Shown here: positions 16,080 through 25,118 of the stretch, one piece after another | Layout: each line of letters opens with the position of its first letter | Numbering within the stretch: position 1 is the first letter of the stretch | Virus record (IMG/VR): IMGVR_UViG_3300002098_000132 | Location: 1-26,906 of that record | DNA from: a virus | Lineage: Duplodnaviria > Caudoviricetes | Length of the DNA: 26,906 nucleotides | Reading direction: 5' to 3' (one strand) | The notes under the pieces: generated by a model | The model's database searches: none | Seen by the model: the letters and a program-made list of their open reading frames with translations, nothing else | What the model was told of the DNA's origin: nothing | Made by a program: the position numbers and the translations under genes

Positions 16080-17432
16080 TTATTTCAATTCTTCTAGCGC
16101 AATCTCCGAAATAGCCCGTTTATCGGCTAAAGAAGCCCAAACTTTTTCGTCAATAGTTTTGTTGGTTAATAGGATGTAGCACCAGACTTCATGCTTCTGA
16201 CCGCCTCGGTGTAACCTACCTACCGTTTGCTCGTACAACTCTAAGCTCCAAGGCAACGATACAAATACGATCTTGTTGCCGCCATGCTGTAAGTTGAGGC
16301 CATGACCCGCAGACTTAGGATGGATCAGCAATAGCTCGATATTGCCTGCGTTCCAACGCTCGATCGCGTTAGGGGCGTCAATTGTTTCAGCCTTAGGGTA
16401 ACGGCGCTGCAACTCAGCCAATTCCTCCTTGTAGTTGTAAACAATGATGGTGTTGGCTCGCTGGTTTTCCGCCAGCAAATCTTCTAGCATTTCAAACTTG
16501 TGGCTGGAAAACCACACTGGTTGTTGCGTGTTAATAAATTCGCCCGGCCGAGTCAAGTCTGGCTTACGATCAGAAACGTAGATAAAGCCTGACCCCATCT
16601 GCTGTAACTTTTGAGTAACCACCGCAGCGTTAGCTGCAATAGCCTTGGCATCTGGAAATTGATAAACAAAATCTTTCTTCATCTTCTCGTATGGTTCGCG
16701 ATCTGGCAAATCGCTGCGTATCTCTACGGTGCGCAGTGGTGGCAGCTTGTCCTTGTACTCTGAAGATTCCAGCAAGAACGTAGCAGGTTTGATACGCTGC
16801 ATAACGGCTTCTAATGAGCCAACTCTAGGCTCCCACTGGCCAAAGTCGCGATTGATACATACAAAGTATTGCTGCTGAAAAGCTCCCTTACTGCGGCCTA
16901 ACAGGGATTGGTCAACAATCTTGCACTGGCCAAAAACATCTTCTAGGCCGTTGCTAGTAAATGAACCGGTCAATCCCCAGCGAATCTTCATGGGGTCAAT
17001 GACTTTCAATAACGCTTTAAACCTTGCACCGGATGGGTTCTTGAGGCGGGTTAGCTCATCAAATACAATGCCGTCAAAATCTAGGTATTGTTCAGTTAAC
17101 CATTGCAAGTTGTCGTAATTGATTACCATTACTTGAGTCTTGGCTTTGAGGGCTGCCATGCGCTGCTTAGGCGTACCAATGCACACTGACATTGACATAC
17201 CATTAGCCCACTTCGGCAGCTCTATAGGCCATACGTCAGTGCAGACGCGCTTGGGCGCCAGCACCAACCAGCGTTTGATGTGGCCGTTATCTAGCATTTC
17301 TTTCATAGCGGTAAGCGTAATGGCGGTCTTACCCGCGCCCACTGATGCCAAAACTAGCGCTCTGTCGCGTTCAAATATGTAATCGGCAGCCTGTTCTTGG
17401 TAATCTCTTAGCTTGTACACTTGGCTATCCAT
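16080..17432 (-). CDS. SNF2-family superfamily 2 helicase (450 aa)
   Basis: LRDYQ Q-motif, VGAGKT Walker A, VFDEL Walker B, GLTGS motif III, SAGHGLNLQ, EQTVGRLHRGGQ motif VI. Confidence 0.92.
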   Translation of the reverse strand: MDSQVYKLRDYQEQAADYIFERDRALVLASVGAGKTAITLTAMKEMLDNGHIKRWLVLAPKRVCTDVWPIELPKWANGMSMSVCIGTPKQRMAALKAKTQVMVINYDNLQWLTEQYLDFDGIVFDELTRLKNPSGARFKALLKVIDPMKIRWGLTGSFTSNGLEDVFGQCKIVDQSLLGRSKGAFQQQYFVCINRDFGQWEPRVGSLEAVMQRIKPATFLLESSEYKDKLPPLRTVEIRSDLPDREPYEKMKKDFVYQFPDAKAIAANAAVVTQKLQQMGSGFIYVSDRKPDLTRPGEFINTQQPVWFSSHKFEMLEDLLAENQRANTIIVYNYKEELAELQRRYPKAETIDAPNAIERWNAGNIELLLIHPKSAGHGLNLQHGGNKIVFVSLPWSLELYEQTVGRLHRGGQKHEVWCYILLTNKTIDEKVWASLADKRAISEIALEELK

Positions 17433-17695
17433 TCATTAATTTCTTCTTTGCTACTTAACAAGGCATAACGCTGTTGCAAGCGAATCATGTCATTAGCAAA
17501 CTCCGCTTGCAAGGCTGATACAATGCCGCCTTTGGTTCGCTTTAACTCAACAAACCAAGTTTGTCCATTAGGTAAACACGCTACTTGATCTGCGACACCG
17601 CGCTTGGTTGGTGATTTAAACTTGTAGCTTAGACCACCAACGGACATGACTGTCCAGATAAAGTATTTCTCTATTTCTCGTTCTTTTGGGTTCAT
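17408..17695 (-). CDS. VRR-NUC domain nuclease (95 aa)
   Basis: EREIEK...YKFKSP...GVADQ...WFVELK...SALQ PD-(D/E)xK pattern; start moved from TTG 17758 to ATG 17695. Confidence 0.85.
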   Translation of the reverse strand: MNPKEREIEKYFIWTVMSVGGLSYKFKSPTKRGVADQVACLPNGQTWFVELKRTKGGIVSALQAEFANDMIRLQQRYALLSSKEEINEWIAKCTS

Positions 17696-17702
17696 GTAAA
17701 AA

Positions 17703-17748
17703 ATAATATCATAAAATCTGTTGCGTAACGCAATTCTTGTGTTACACT
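17703..17748. promoter_or_regulatory. divergent promoter pair centred on the palindrome TTGCGTAACGCAA
   Basis: Rightward TTGCGT(17721)-N16-TACACT(17743) with extended TG; leftward TG-A-TATTAT (17711-17703); lies between divergent operons. Confidence 0.55.
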
Positions 17749-17788
17749 GGACGTTCAAAAGGTAAAGTAATCTAAATTAAGGATAGAA

Positions 17789-18919
17789 ATGGCAAAGCAT
17801 TCAAGCGTCGTCGGCGGCTCTACCGCTAAACGAGTAATTAACTGCCCAGCATCGGTAGCTCTAGTAGCTAAGATGCCTCCAAAACCATCAAGCAAATACG
17901 CTGACGAAGGCACACTCTGTCATAACGTCATCGCCGAAATCCTTGAGAAGCAACTCGATCCGCAAGACACCATTGGCATGAAGTACAAAGACCATGTAAT
18001 GACAGAGGAGTTGTTAGAGTCTAAAATTCTGCCAGCCCTAGCGCGTTTGAACGAAATTGATCCTGACTTTGAGATGCAATATACCGTTGAGTCTGAGGTT
18101 GACTTTGGTGACTACATCGAAGGTGCATTTGGATCAGCCGACTTGCTAGGTAAAATTGGCCGTAAAGCCATTGTGCTTGACTGGAAGTTCGGCTCAGGCG
18201 TGATTGTGGAAGCTGAAGAAAACGATCAAGCCATGTTCTATGCTTGCGCTGCCATGCGTACCGATAAATGCAAGTGGATCTTTGAAGATATTGATGAAGT
18301 CGAGATCATTATTGTGCAGCCACCTGAGATGCGTCGCTGGACGACGACAGTTGAACGCTTACAGCAGTTCGAGCGCGGGCTACGCCTAGCCGTTAAAGAA
18401 TCCCAAGGCAAAGAAGCTACTATGAAATCTGGTGAGCATTGTCGTTGGTGCGCTGCCAAACCTACTTGCCCGCTAATGACTGGCGCCGTTGATAGGGCTA
18501 CGCAACTTGCGTTGAAAGACCTTAACCCTAAGATGATTGCTATTTATCTCAAGAAGGCTGACGTATTAGAGCAGTGGGTCGCTGACTTACGCTCATTAGC
18601 CCACCAGATGGTAGAAGCTGATGTACGCGTACCGGGCTTCAAGTTGGTAGCTAAACGCGCTACACGTCAATGGGTAGACGAGCAACAAGCCGAAAACACT
18701 TTGATGGATTTAACAGGAAATCACGCTGAATTGTTCAGCACAAAATTAATTTCTCCAGCTCAAGCTGAAAAGCTATTGAAGAAGGAGAAGAAAGAATTGC
18801 CGAAAGAGCTAGTCATAGCGGTTTCTTCCGGTAGTACGTTGGTTGAGGACACTGATCCAAGGCCAGCGGTGTTGCAAATCGGGCGTCAGTTGTCTAACGC
18901 CCTCTCTAAACTAAACTAA
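17789..18919 (+). CDS. DUF2800 / Cas4-like PD-(D/E)xK exonuclease (376 aa)
   Basis: NCPAS, ADEGTLCH, FGSADLL, LDWKFGSG, Q..FYA and HCRWC..KPTCP (Fe-S-type Cys set). Confidence 0.85.
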   Translation: MAKHSSVVGGSTAKRVINCPASVALVAKMPPKPSSKYADEGTLCHNVIAEILEKQLDPQDTIGMKYKDHVMTEELLESKILPALARLNEIDPDFEMQYTVESEVDFGDYIEGAFGSADLLGKIGRKAIVLDWKFGSGVIVEAEENDQAMFYACAAMRTDKCKWIFEDIDEVEIIIVQPPEMRRWTTTVERLQQFERGLRLAVKESQGKEATMKSGEHCRWCAAKPTCPLMTGAVDRATQLALKDLNPKMIAIYLKKADVLEQWVADLRSLAHQMVEADVRVPGFKLVAKRATRQWVDEQQAENTLMDLTGNHAELFSTKLISPAQAEKLLKKEKKELPKELVIAVSSGSTLVEDTDPRPAVLQIGRQLSNALSKLN

Positions 18920-18933
18920 AGTAAGGAAATATT

Positions 18934-19602
18934 ATGTCAAATTTGACAACATTCAAAGCAGCAGGTTTACCAGCAGTTAAAGACTTGGCCGGTGCGCTCA
19001 AGGCTAATCTACCTAAAGTAGCCGAATCTGGCAGCGTCATCATTAAGATGGACAAAACTGGTCATTGGGTTTTTGGTGCAAATCAAACCGAAGTAGAAGA
19101 AGGTTCCGAGTGGGCAGTAAACCCATTCTCATTCGTACATGGCTATATCGCTTGGGGCGATGGCGATGTATTGGGTGAAAAGATGGTTGGCATTAGCTCA
19201 CCATTGCCTGAGTTAGAGCCAGCTCCAGCCGGTGCTAAACGTGGTTGGGAAACTCAAGTTGGTTTTTCAATGAAGTGCGTAACTGGTGAAGATGAAGGGA
19301 TGGAAGCGCGCTTTACGACTACTTCTGTAGGTGGTAAACGTGCTGTTCAAACTTTGGGCGCGTTGATCGCGGGTCAAATTGACAAAGATCCTAGCAAGCC
19401 AGTAGCCATTATTACTTTGGATAAAGAGCATTATGTTCATAAGTCTTATGGCCGTATCTATACACCAATCTTTGAAGTGATTGACTGGATGGATATGAAT
19501 GCTGAAGAAGGTGAAAAAGCGCCTGAATTGGAATTGGATGAGCCTTCTATTGCAGAAGAAGCTCCAGCAGCTCCAGCTCGCCGCCGCCGCGCAGCAGTGT
19601 AA
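18934..19602 (+). CDS. putative single-stranded DNA-binding protein (222 aa)
   Basis: Lies between the DUF2800 nuclease and PolA; beta-rich aromatic core with an acidic C-terminal tail; AAGGA RBS. The function is inferred from context. Confidence 0.6.
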   Translation: MSNLTTFKAAGLPAVKDLAGALKANLPKVAESGSVIIKMDKTGHWVFGANQTEVEEGSEWAVNPFSFVHGYIAWGDGDVLGEKMVGISSPLPELEPAPAGAKRGWETQVGFSMKCVTGEDEGMEARFTTTSVGGKRAVQTLGALIAGQIDKDPSKPVAIITLDKEHYVHKSYGRIYTPIFEVIDWMDMNAEEGEKAPELELDEPSIAEEAPAAPARRRRAAV

Positions 19603-19608
19603 CGAATA

Positions 19609-19679
19609 GGGGCTAGGCTGACACTATTCAGCTCAAGTACTCGCAGACGAACGACTAAAAAGACTGTCTAGCCCCACCT
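19609..19679 (+). other. intergenic structured element (closing stem GGGGCTAGGC/GTCTAGCCCC, internal hairpin)
   Basis: 10-bp stem with one G-U pair (19609-19618/19666-19675); GCTGA-CACTAT-TCAGC hairpin at 19617-19632. Confidence 0.45.
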
Positions 19680-19697
19680 AATTTACTAGAGGAAATT

Positions 19698-20057
19698 ATG
19701 AACAATATTGAAAAAGCTGCTTTAGATAAAGCAATTAGTTTTTTAAAAGCAGGTAGATTTACTTATGCAATTCTTGATAGCGACGGAACAAAGCATGGGG
19801 ATTTAGAAATAGTAAATAAAACTGGGCGAAAACGCGGCGCATTAAAATATCCGATGGGAACGCTAAGAAATCATTTTTACCCTTACATCCATGATTTAAA
19901 AAAGGATGAGGGTGCTGAAATACCTTGTGGGGATTTTGCCCCCGAATATTTACGAAAAACAATTTCAGCTTGGGCTTGTAATCATTGGGGGAATAAATCC
20001 CACAATATTGTTATTAGTGAGCCAAGTAACAGTTTAATTTTATTTAGAACAAACTAG
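19698..20057 (+). CDS. hypothetical protein, possibly DNA-binding (119 aa)
   Basis: ACTAGAGGA RBS; basic GRKRG..KYP segment; visibly more AT-rich than its neighbours. Confidence 0.72.
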   Translation: MNNIEKAALDKAISFLKAGRFTYAILDSDGTKHGDLEIVNKTGRKRGALKYPMGTLRNHFYPYIHDLKKDEGAEIPCGDFAPEYLRKTISAWACNHWGNKSHNIVISEPSNSLILFRTN

Positions 20058-20065
20058 AGGAAACT

Positions 20066-20269
20066 ATGAACCATAAAGATCAAATCGTTTTATCCCCGGA
20101 TGCCCGTAGAGGCATGGCTGAAGTCAAGATGGCAATGGTAAGAGCTGCCAGCGTTGAGATTAAAAACATTTTTCCAGCATTAGGAATGAAGATGCCTAAA
20201 GTGCATCAAACCAAAAGTTTGAGCCACACTCGTAAAGGTTCAGGTCGTAAGCACAAACAAGGCAAATAA
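20066..20269 (+). CDS. hypothetical basic protein (67 aa)
   Basis: ACTAGAGGA RBS; TAATG overlap with the polymerase gene. Confidence 0.68.
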   Translation: MNHKDQIVLSPDARRGMAEVKMAMVRAASVEIKNIFPALGMKMPKVHQTKSLSHTRKGSGRKHKQGK

Positions 20270-22215
20270 TGTCCATTCTTTGGCTCGACTTTGAAACCAA
20301 ATCCCGATGCAATCTGCTGACGGATGGGGTTTACAACTATGCACAAGACCCCAGTACGGAGGTCTTGTGTATGTCTTATGCTTTTGATGATGAAGAAGTT
20401 AAGACGTGGCTGCCACATGATAGCTTTCCCGAGGAAGTGCGCGAGCATACTGGCCTAATCTACGCCCACAATGCAGCTTTTGAGCGCTTGATCTTTTGGT
20501 ATGTTTTACAGATCAACTTCAAGCTGGAGCAGTTCTATTGCACCGCTACACAGGCCAGAGCCAATTGCGCTCCCGGCTCATTAGAGGACGTTGGCCGCTT
20601 CGCTGGCGCTTCGATGCGTAAGGATCACCGAGGTAGTCAATTGATCCGTCTGCTATCCATTCCAAGGGCTGACGGCACGTTCGGCAGTGAACCTGAGCTG
20701 ATGGCTGAAATGATTGCTTACTGTGAGATGGATGTCAAAGTCATGCGTACTGTCAGTCAAGCCATGCGCCCGCTATCACCAGATGAGTTGTTTGATTACC
20801 ATGTCAACGAGCGCATTAATGATCGAGGCGTACTGGTTGACGTACCACTTGCACAGGCAGCTCTGCGCTATGCTTCAGCCGAGCTAGGCGAGATCGAGGA
20901 TCTGGTTGATGAGATCACGCAGGGCGAGATTACCAGCGTAAGAAGTTCAAAAATGAAACAATGGGTTATGGCTCGCGTAGGCGAGGATGCCCTCAAACTA
21001 ATGGAGAAATACAAAGATGGCGAGAAAAAATACAGCATCGACAAAACTGTTAGAGCCAACCTCCTCATCTTTGCTGATGAGAATCCCGATCAAGTTCCCC
21101 CCGATGTCGCAGACGTTATCCAATGCGCGGACGATCTCTGGGCGTCATCGGTTGCGAAGTTCAGCCGCCTTGCACAGCTTTCTGATGAGGAGGATCATCG
21201 AGTGCGCGGAGCGTTTGTCTTTGCTGGTGGGAGCGCCACAGGTCGCGCTTCCAGCTATGGAGCGCAAGTCCACAATTTCACTCGAAAATGCGCTAAACAA
21301 CCTGATCTTGTTAGAACAGCAATGGTTAATGGAGAAAGCATTGTCCCAAAATTCGGTAAGCGAGTTACCGATGTTCTCAAAGGGATGCTCCGGCCTACAT
21401 TAATACCAGCTAAGGGTAAACACTTAGTTGTAGCGGACTGGTCAGGCATCGAGGCGCGCTGTAATCCTTGGTTGTCAAACCAGCCTGACGCTGATACTGT
21501 ATTGGATGTATTTAGAAATGGTAGGGACATTTATGTTAGAGAAGCTGCAAGTATATTTAGCTGTTCAGAAGATGAAGTTACTGACTCTAAAAGACAGATT
21601 GGCAAGGTCGCTATCCTTTCATGTGGTTATGGTGGTGGTATTGGTGCTTTTGCTGCGATGGGTCGTAACTACGGTGTGGTACTTCCCGAATCCGATGCTA
21701 GGCGTACCGTTAATGCGTGGCGTAGAGCAAACTCTTGGGCAGTAAGGTATTGGCAAGATTTAGAAGAAGCCTACACCGCAGCCCTACGCAATCCCGGCTA
21801 TGAGTTCGCTGCTGGGCGCGTCGTTTATATGTATGACAGACAGCATCTTTGGTATGCACTTCCATCTGAAAGGGTGTTATGCTACCCCTATGCCAAGCTC
21901 GACTCGGAGGGGGTTACTTACGCCAAAGCTGCGTGGAAACCGGCTGCCGACGCTACAGAGTGGCCAAGGGCTAGACTTTGGAAAGGATTGGCGTGTGAAA
22001 ATATTACTCAAGCTGTTGCTAATGATTTACTGCGTCATTCTTTACGCAGGTTGGATAATGTTGTTCTCCACGTCCACGATGAGATTGTTGTAGAAACCGA
22101 CAGGCCACAAGAAATCATTGAAGAAATGACGCGCGTAATGTGCGAGCCGCCTGATTGGTGTAAGGAATTACCCTTGAACGTAGAAGTAAAAGCCATGCTT
22201 AGATATGGAAAGTAG
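20269..22215 (+). CDS. polA: DNA polymerase family A with 3'-5' exonuclease (648 aa)
   Basis: ExoI LDFET, ExoII AHNAAFE, ExoIII YCEMD; TGR; motif A ADWSGIEAR; motif B RQIGKVAILSCGYG; motif C HVHDEIV. Confidence 0.95.
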   Translation: MSILWLDFETKSRCNLLTDGVYNYAQDPSTEVLCMSYAFDDEEVKTWLPHDSFPEEVREHTGLIYAHNAAFERLIFWYVLQINFKLEQFYCTATQARANCAPGSLEDVGRFAGASMRKDHRGSQLIRLLSIPRADGTFGSEPELMAEMIAYCEMDVKVMRTVSQAMRPLSPDELFDYHVNERINDRGVLVDVPLAQAALRYASAELGEIEDLVDEITQGEITSVRSSKMKQWVMARVGEDALKLMEKYKDGEKKYSIDKTVRANLLIFADENPDQVPPDVADVIQCADDLWASSVAKFSRLAQLSDEEDHRVRGAFVFAGGSATGRASSYGAQVHNFTRKCAKQPDLVRTAMVNGESIVPKFGKRVTDVLKGMLRPTLIPAKGKHLVVADWSGIEARCNPWLSNQPDADTVLDVFRNGRDIYVREAASIFSCSEDEVTDSKRQIGKVAILSCGYGGGIGAFAAMGRNYGVVLPESDARRTVNAWRRANSWAVRYWQDLEEAYTAALRNPGYEFAAGRVVYMYDRQHLWYALPSERVLCYPYAKLDSEGVTYAKAAWKPAADATEWPRARLWKGLACENITQAVANDLLRHSLRRLDNVVLHVHDEIVVETDRPQEIIEEMTRVMCEPPDWCKELPLNVEVKAMLRYGK

Positions 22216-22238
22216 TAAACTGGCTGTCCAATAAAAGC

Positions 22239-22273
22239 AAAAGGCTTGACCCCGATAAGAGCCAAGCCTTTTT
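22239..22273 (+). terminator. candidate intrinsic terminator/attenuator between polA and the primase gene
   Basis: AAAAGGCTTG...CAAGCCTTTT 10-bp arms with a T5 run. Confidence 0.55.
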
Positions 22274-22298
22274 AATCAAAACAAACTAGAGGATTTGC

Positions 22299-24650
22299 AT
22301 GACTGCGCAAAGTATATCAAATATTGAATTCGTTGAGTATTTAACGAAATTAGCCCCAGAGGGGGAAACCTTTGTAGTAGTAAGACAAAAGCCAGTAATG
22401 GCTGATGGAAACCAAGCCTTACATGGCGATGGCACACTTAAATACACATGGCCAGCGTTCTTACCTGAACGCTACAAGCCTACCGGCGCTTGGTACGGCA
22501 ACACTGGCTCATTCATTCTTGACCGCTTTAAAGACGGCAAAGTATCTGCCTCTGCTGCCAATTGCGAATACGTCTTAGTGATGGTTCTTGATGACGTCGG
22601 CACTAAATCCAAAGAGCCAACCATTGAACCTACATGGATTATGGAAACTTCACCAAGCAATTATCAGTGGGGCTATGTATTCGATTGCGAGTCAGCTCCA
22701 ACCAAGGGTGAGTTTACCGCAGCGATCAAAGCGATTGCTGATGCGGGCTTTACTGATGGGGGCGCGATCAATGCAGTGCGTAACTTTCGCTTACCCGGAT
22801 CAGTCAACCTCAAGCCGGGCAAAGAACATTTCGCTTCTAAGCTGATTGAGTTTCATCCTGAGCGTGAGTTTTCTTTAGATCAAATATGCGATGCTTTAGG
22901 GGTTAACCCTGATGAGGCTGACACTGCTCAAGTGCGTACCATACATCTTAAAGACGATGGCGACGACGACATTTTGCAGTGGATTGATGAGAACGGAATG
23001 CTGTTAGAGTCAGCCAATCAGTCTGGTTGGTATGGCGTGATTTGCCCTAACAGTGCAGAGCATAGCGATGGCAACCCAATGGGTCGCTATCACCCAGTCA
23101 ACCGCGCTTACTGCTGCTACCATGAACATTGCGCTGGTTTTGGTTCACGCGAGTATCTAGTGTGGGCTGCTGAGAATGGCGCTGCCAAACATGAGCCGGG
23201 CGTTCGCCCAGAGTTGCTGACCAATGCGTTCGTTAAAGCATTAGAAAAGATTACCCCGTCCAAGATGTTCGAGCTAACACCTGAGAAGATGCTGGCCGAA
23301 GTTGAGCGTAAGGAGCTTGGGCGTATAGAAAAGGAAGAATGGTACGATCGGTTCGCGTACATCCAATCGGATGATTCATACTTTGATATGGTCGAACGTA
23401 ACGACATTGCTCGTAGCACGTTCAACGCAATCTATCGTCACATCTCATGCAAGTCTATTCATACTGGCCGCAAGGTTGAGTCCTCCATCTGCTACGATGA
23501 GAATCGTCAAGCCCATGATGCTAAAGTATTAGCTGGTTTGACCTACGCTGCGGGCGATACCGCGATTGTGTACAAGGATAGCGCGCTATACGGCAATCGT
23601 TGGATTGATGGCCGTCCTACTATTACTTCTCAAGGCGGTGACATTAGCCGTTGGCTTGAGCATTGCGCGCATTTAGTACCTGATGAGAATGAACGCAATC
23701 ACGTTTGGGATATGATGGCATTCAAACTTCAGAATCCTAAGATCAAGATCAACCATGCAGTGCTGCACGTTGGCGATGAGGGCTGCGGTAAGGATTTGAT
23801 GTGGATGCCATTCATTTGGTCAATTTGCGGCAGCGATTCAAAGAATTTATCTATTGTTGACAGCGACAAGCTGCAATCAAACTTCACCTATCATTTAGAG
23901 GCTGAAGTGCTAGTACTTAATGAGCTAAAAGAGCCAGACTCTTCAGCTCGTAGAGCATTGGCGAACAAACTCAAGCCGATCATTGCAGCGCCGCCTGATA
24001 TGTTAGACATCAATCGTAAGGGCAAAGACCCCTACAAGATGGCCAACCGCCTGTTTGTGTTGGCATTCTCTAACGAGCAGATTCCCATTAGTTTGTCATC
24101 ACAAGACCGTCGTTGGTTCTGTATTAGCTCATCTGCACAGCCAATGGAGAAGATCAAACCCGGCTCTGGCCTTGCGTTATACAACTGGTATAGAGCAGGC
24201 AACTTTGAGCATATTGCTGCATGGTTACACGCTAGAGATGTATCTAAGTTCAATCCGGGCGCAGCGCCAGCCATGACAGAATTTAAACTGAACTTGCTAG
24301 AATCTGGCATGAGTAGCCTTGAGTCCACTATTGTTGAGATGATCCGCTTGCGCTCTGGTGAATTTGCTAGAGGTGCTATTGGTAGCCCGTTCCATCATGT
24401 ATGTGATCGCATTGCTGATCTAACTGGCCTTGGTCGTAGCAAGGTGCCGCAGTCTGCATTGCTTCACGCATTAAAAGAAGCTGGTTGGGTTGATTGTGGT
24501 CGCTTGGCATCGAACGATCACCCAAGCAAAAAGCGTATTTTTGCTGCGCCTGATACGATAGAAGCCCACAGTAAGTCAGAGTTGCGTCGTATGGTTGAGG
24601 CGCCGCCGGAGCCGAAGGCGGTGGTACTAGACATGAGGCGGAGCGCATAA
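22299..24650 (+). CDS. primase-helicase (RepB-type primase, Cys/His cluster, DUF5906/SF3-like P-loop; 783 aa)
   Basis: VLDDVG, ETSPSNYQWGY, RNFRLPGS primase motifs; CP..H...CYHEHC; GDEGCGKD Walker A, VLVLNE Walker B, FSN, DRRWF. Confidence 0.88.
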   Translation: MTAQSISNIEFVEYLTKLAPEGETFVVVRQKPVMADGNQALHGDGTLKYTWPAFLPERYKPTGAWYGNTGSFILDRFKDGKVSASAANCEYVLVMVLDDVGTKSKEPTIEPTWIMETSPSNYQWGYVFDCESAPTKGEFTAAIKAIADAGFTDGGAINAVRNFRLPGSVNLKPGKEHFASKLIEFHPEREFSLDQICDALGVNPDEADTAQVRTIHLKDDGDDDILQWIDENGMLLESANQSGWYGVICPNSAEHSDGNPMGRYHPVNRAYCCYHEHCAGFGSREYLVWAAENGAAKHEPGVRPELLTNAFVKALEKITPSKMFELTPEKMLAEVERKELGRIEKEEWYDRFAYIQSDDSYFDMVERNDIARSTFNAIYRHISCKSIHTGRKVESSICYDENRQAHDAKVLAGLTYAAGDTAIVYKDSALYGNRWIDGRPTITSQGGDISRWLEHCAHLVPDENERNHVWDMMAFKLQNPKIKINHAVLHVGDEGCGKDLMWMPFIWSICGSDSKNLSIVDSDKLQSNFTYHLEAEVLVLNELKEPDSSARRALANKLKPIIAAPPDMLDINRKGKDPYKMANRLFVLAFSNEQIPISLSSQDRRWFCISSSAQPMEKIKPGSGLALYNWYRAGNFEHIAAWLHARDVSKFNPGAAPAMTEFKLNLLESGMSSLESTIVEMIRLRSGEFARGAIGSPFHHVCDRIADLTGLGRSKVPQSALLHALKEAGWVDCGRLASNDHPSKKRIFAAPDTIEAHSKSELRRMVEAPPEPKAVVLDMRRSA

Positions 24651-25069
24651 TGAATTACACATACATTCACAGATTCAAAGATACTGGCCAAGTGTTTTAT
24701 GTTGGTATGAGTAAAAACTTATCTCGTATGACTAGCAAACATAGATCACATCAGCCTAAATGGCATGAAGCAATAGTCAATCGTGAATGGTTTGCTGAAA
24801 TGGTGGCTACATGGGATACCAGAGAAGAAGCTGAAAGCCATGAAAAGTTATTGATCGAATGTTTTACTGATTTAGGCCACCCGTTGGTTAACTTAACCAA
24901 AGGTGGTGCAGGGCGCAACGGTTTCAAGTGGACAGAAGAAGAACGCCAGCGTATGATTCCAATACAAAGCGCAAGAGGTAAAAAGGGTGGCCAAGCTAAA
25001 TCAAAAGCAAAGACATTAGCTGTTAGACGCAATGGTGCGCTAGGTGGTAAGGCCAAACGCTTGGGCTAA
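24650..25069 (+). CDS. GIY-YIG endonuclease, homing-endonuclease-like (139 aa)
   Basis: YTY-x10-YVG, conserved R, EAESHEKLLI, LVNLTKGG; basic Gly-rich tail. Confidence 0.8.
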   Translation: MNYTYIHRFKDTGQVFYVGMSKNLSRMTSKHRSHQPKWHEAIVNREWFAEMVATWDTREEAESHEKLLIECFTDLGHPLVNLTKGGAGRNGFKWTEEERQRMIPIQSARGKKGGQAKSKAKTLAVRRNGALGGKAKRLG

Positions 25070-25101
25070 AATAGTTTAGGCCAAACGCTTGGGCTAAAAT
25101 A
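25050..25101 (+). repeat. perfect 24-bp tandem direct repeat AGGCCAAACGCTTGGGCTAAAATA
   Basis: Copies at 25050-25073 and 25078-25101; the second copy is part of the near-palindrome TTTAGGCCAA-ACGC-TTGGGCTAAA. Confidence 0.95.
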
Positions 25102-25118
25102 CATTTAAGGGTATAGAT

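Noticed and set aside
17696-17758. ORF-track N-terminal extension of VRR-NUC, and similar extensions at 8005, 8920 and 12937
   Set aside because: The extensions overlap promoter DNA or upstream genes; the downstream ATGs have better RBS, overlap or domain-boundary support.
17789-18919. Cas4-like gene as evidence of a CRISPR-Cas system
   Set aside because: Stand-alone DUF2800/Cas4-like nucleases are routine in phage replication modules; no cas1/cas2 or array is present.
18204-24648. Short alternate-frame and antisense ORFs inside the nuclease, polA and primase genes
   Set aside because: Nested in long conserved genes with no independent evidence.
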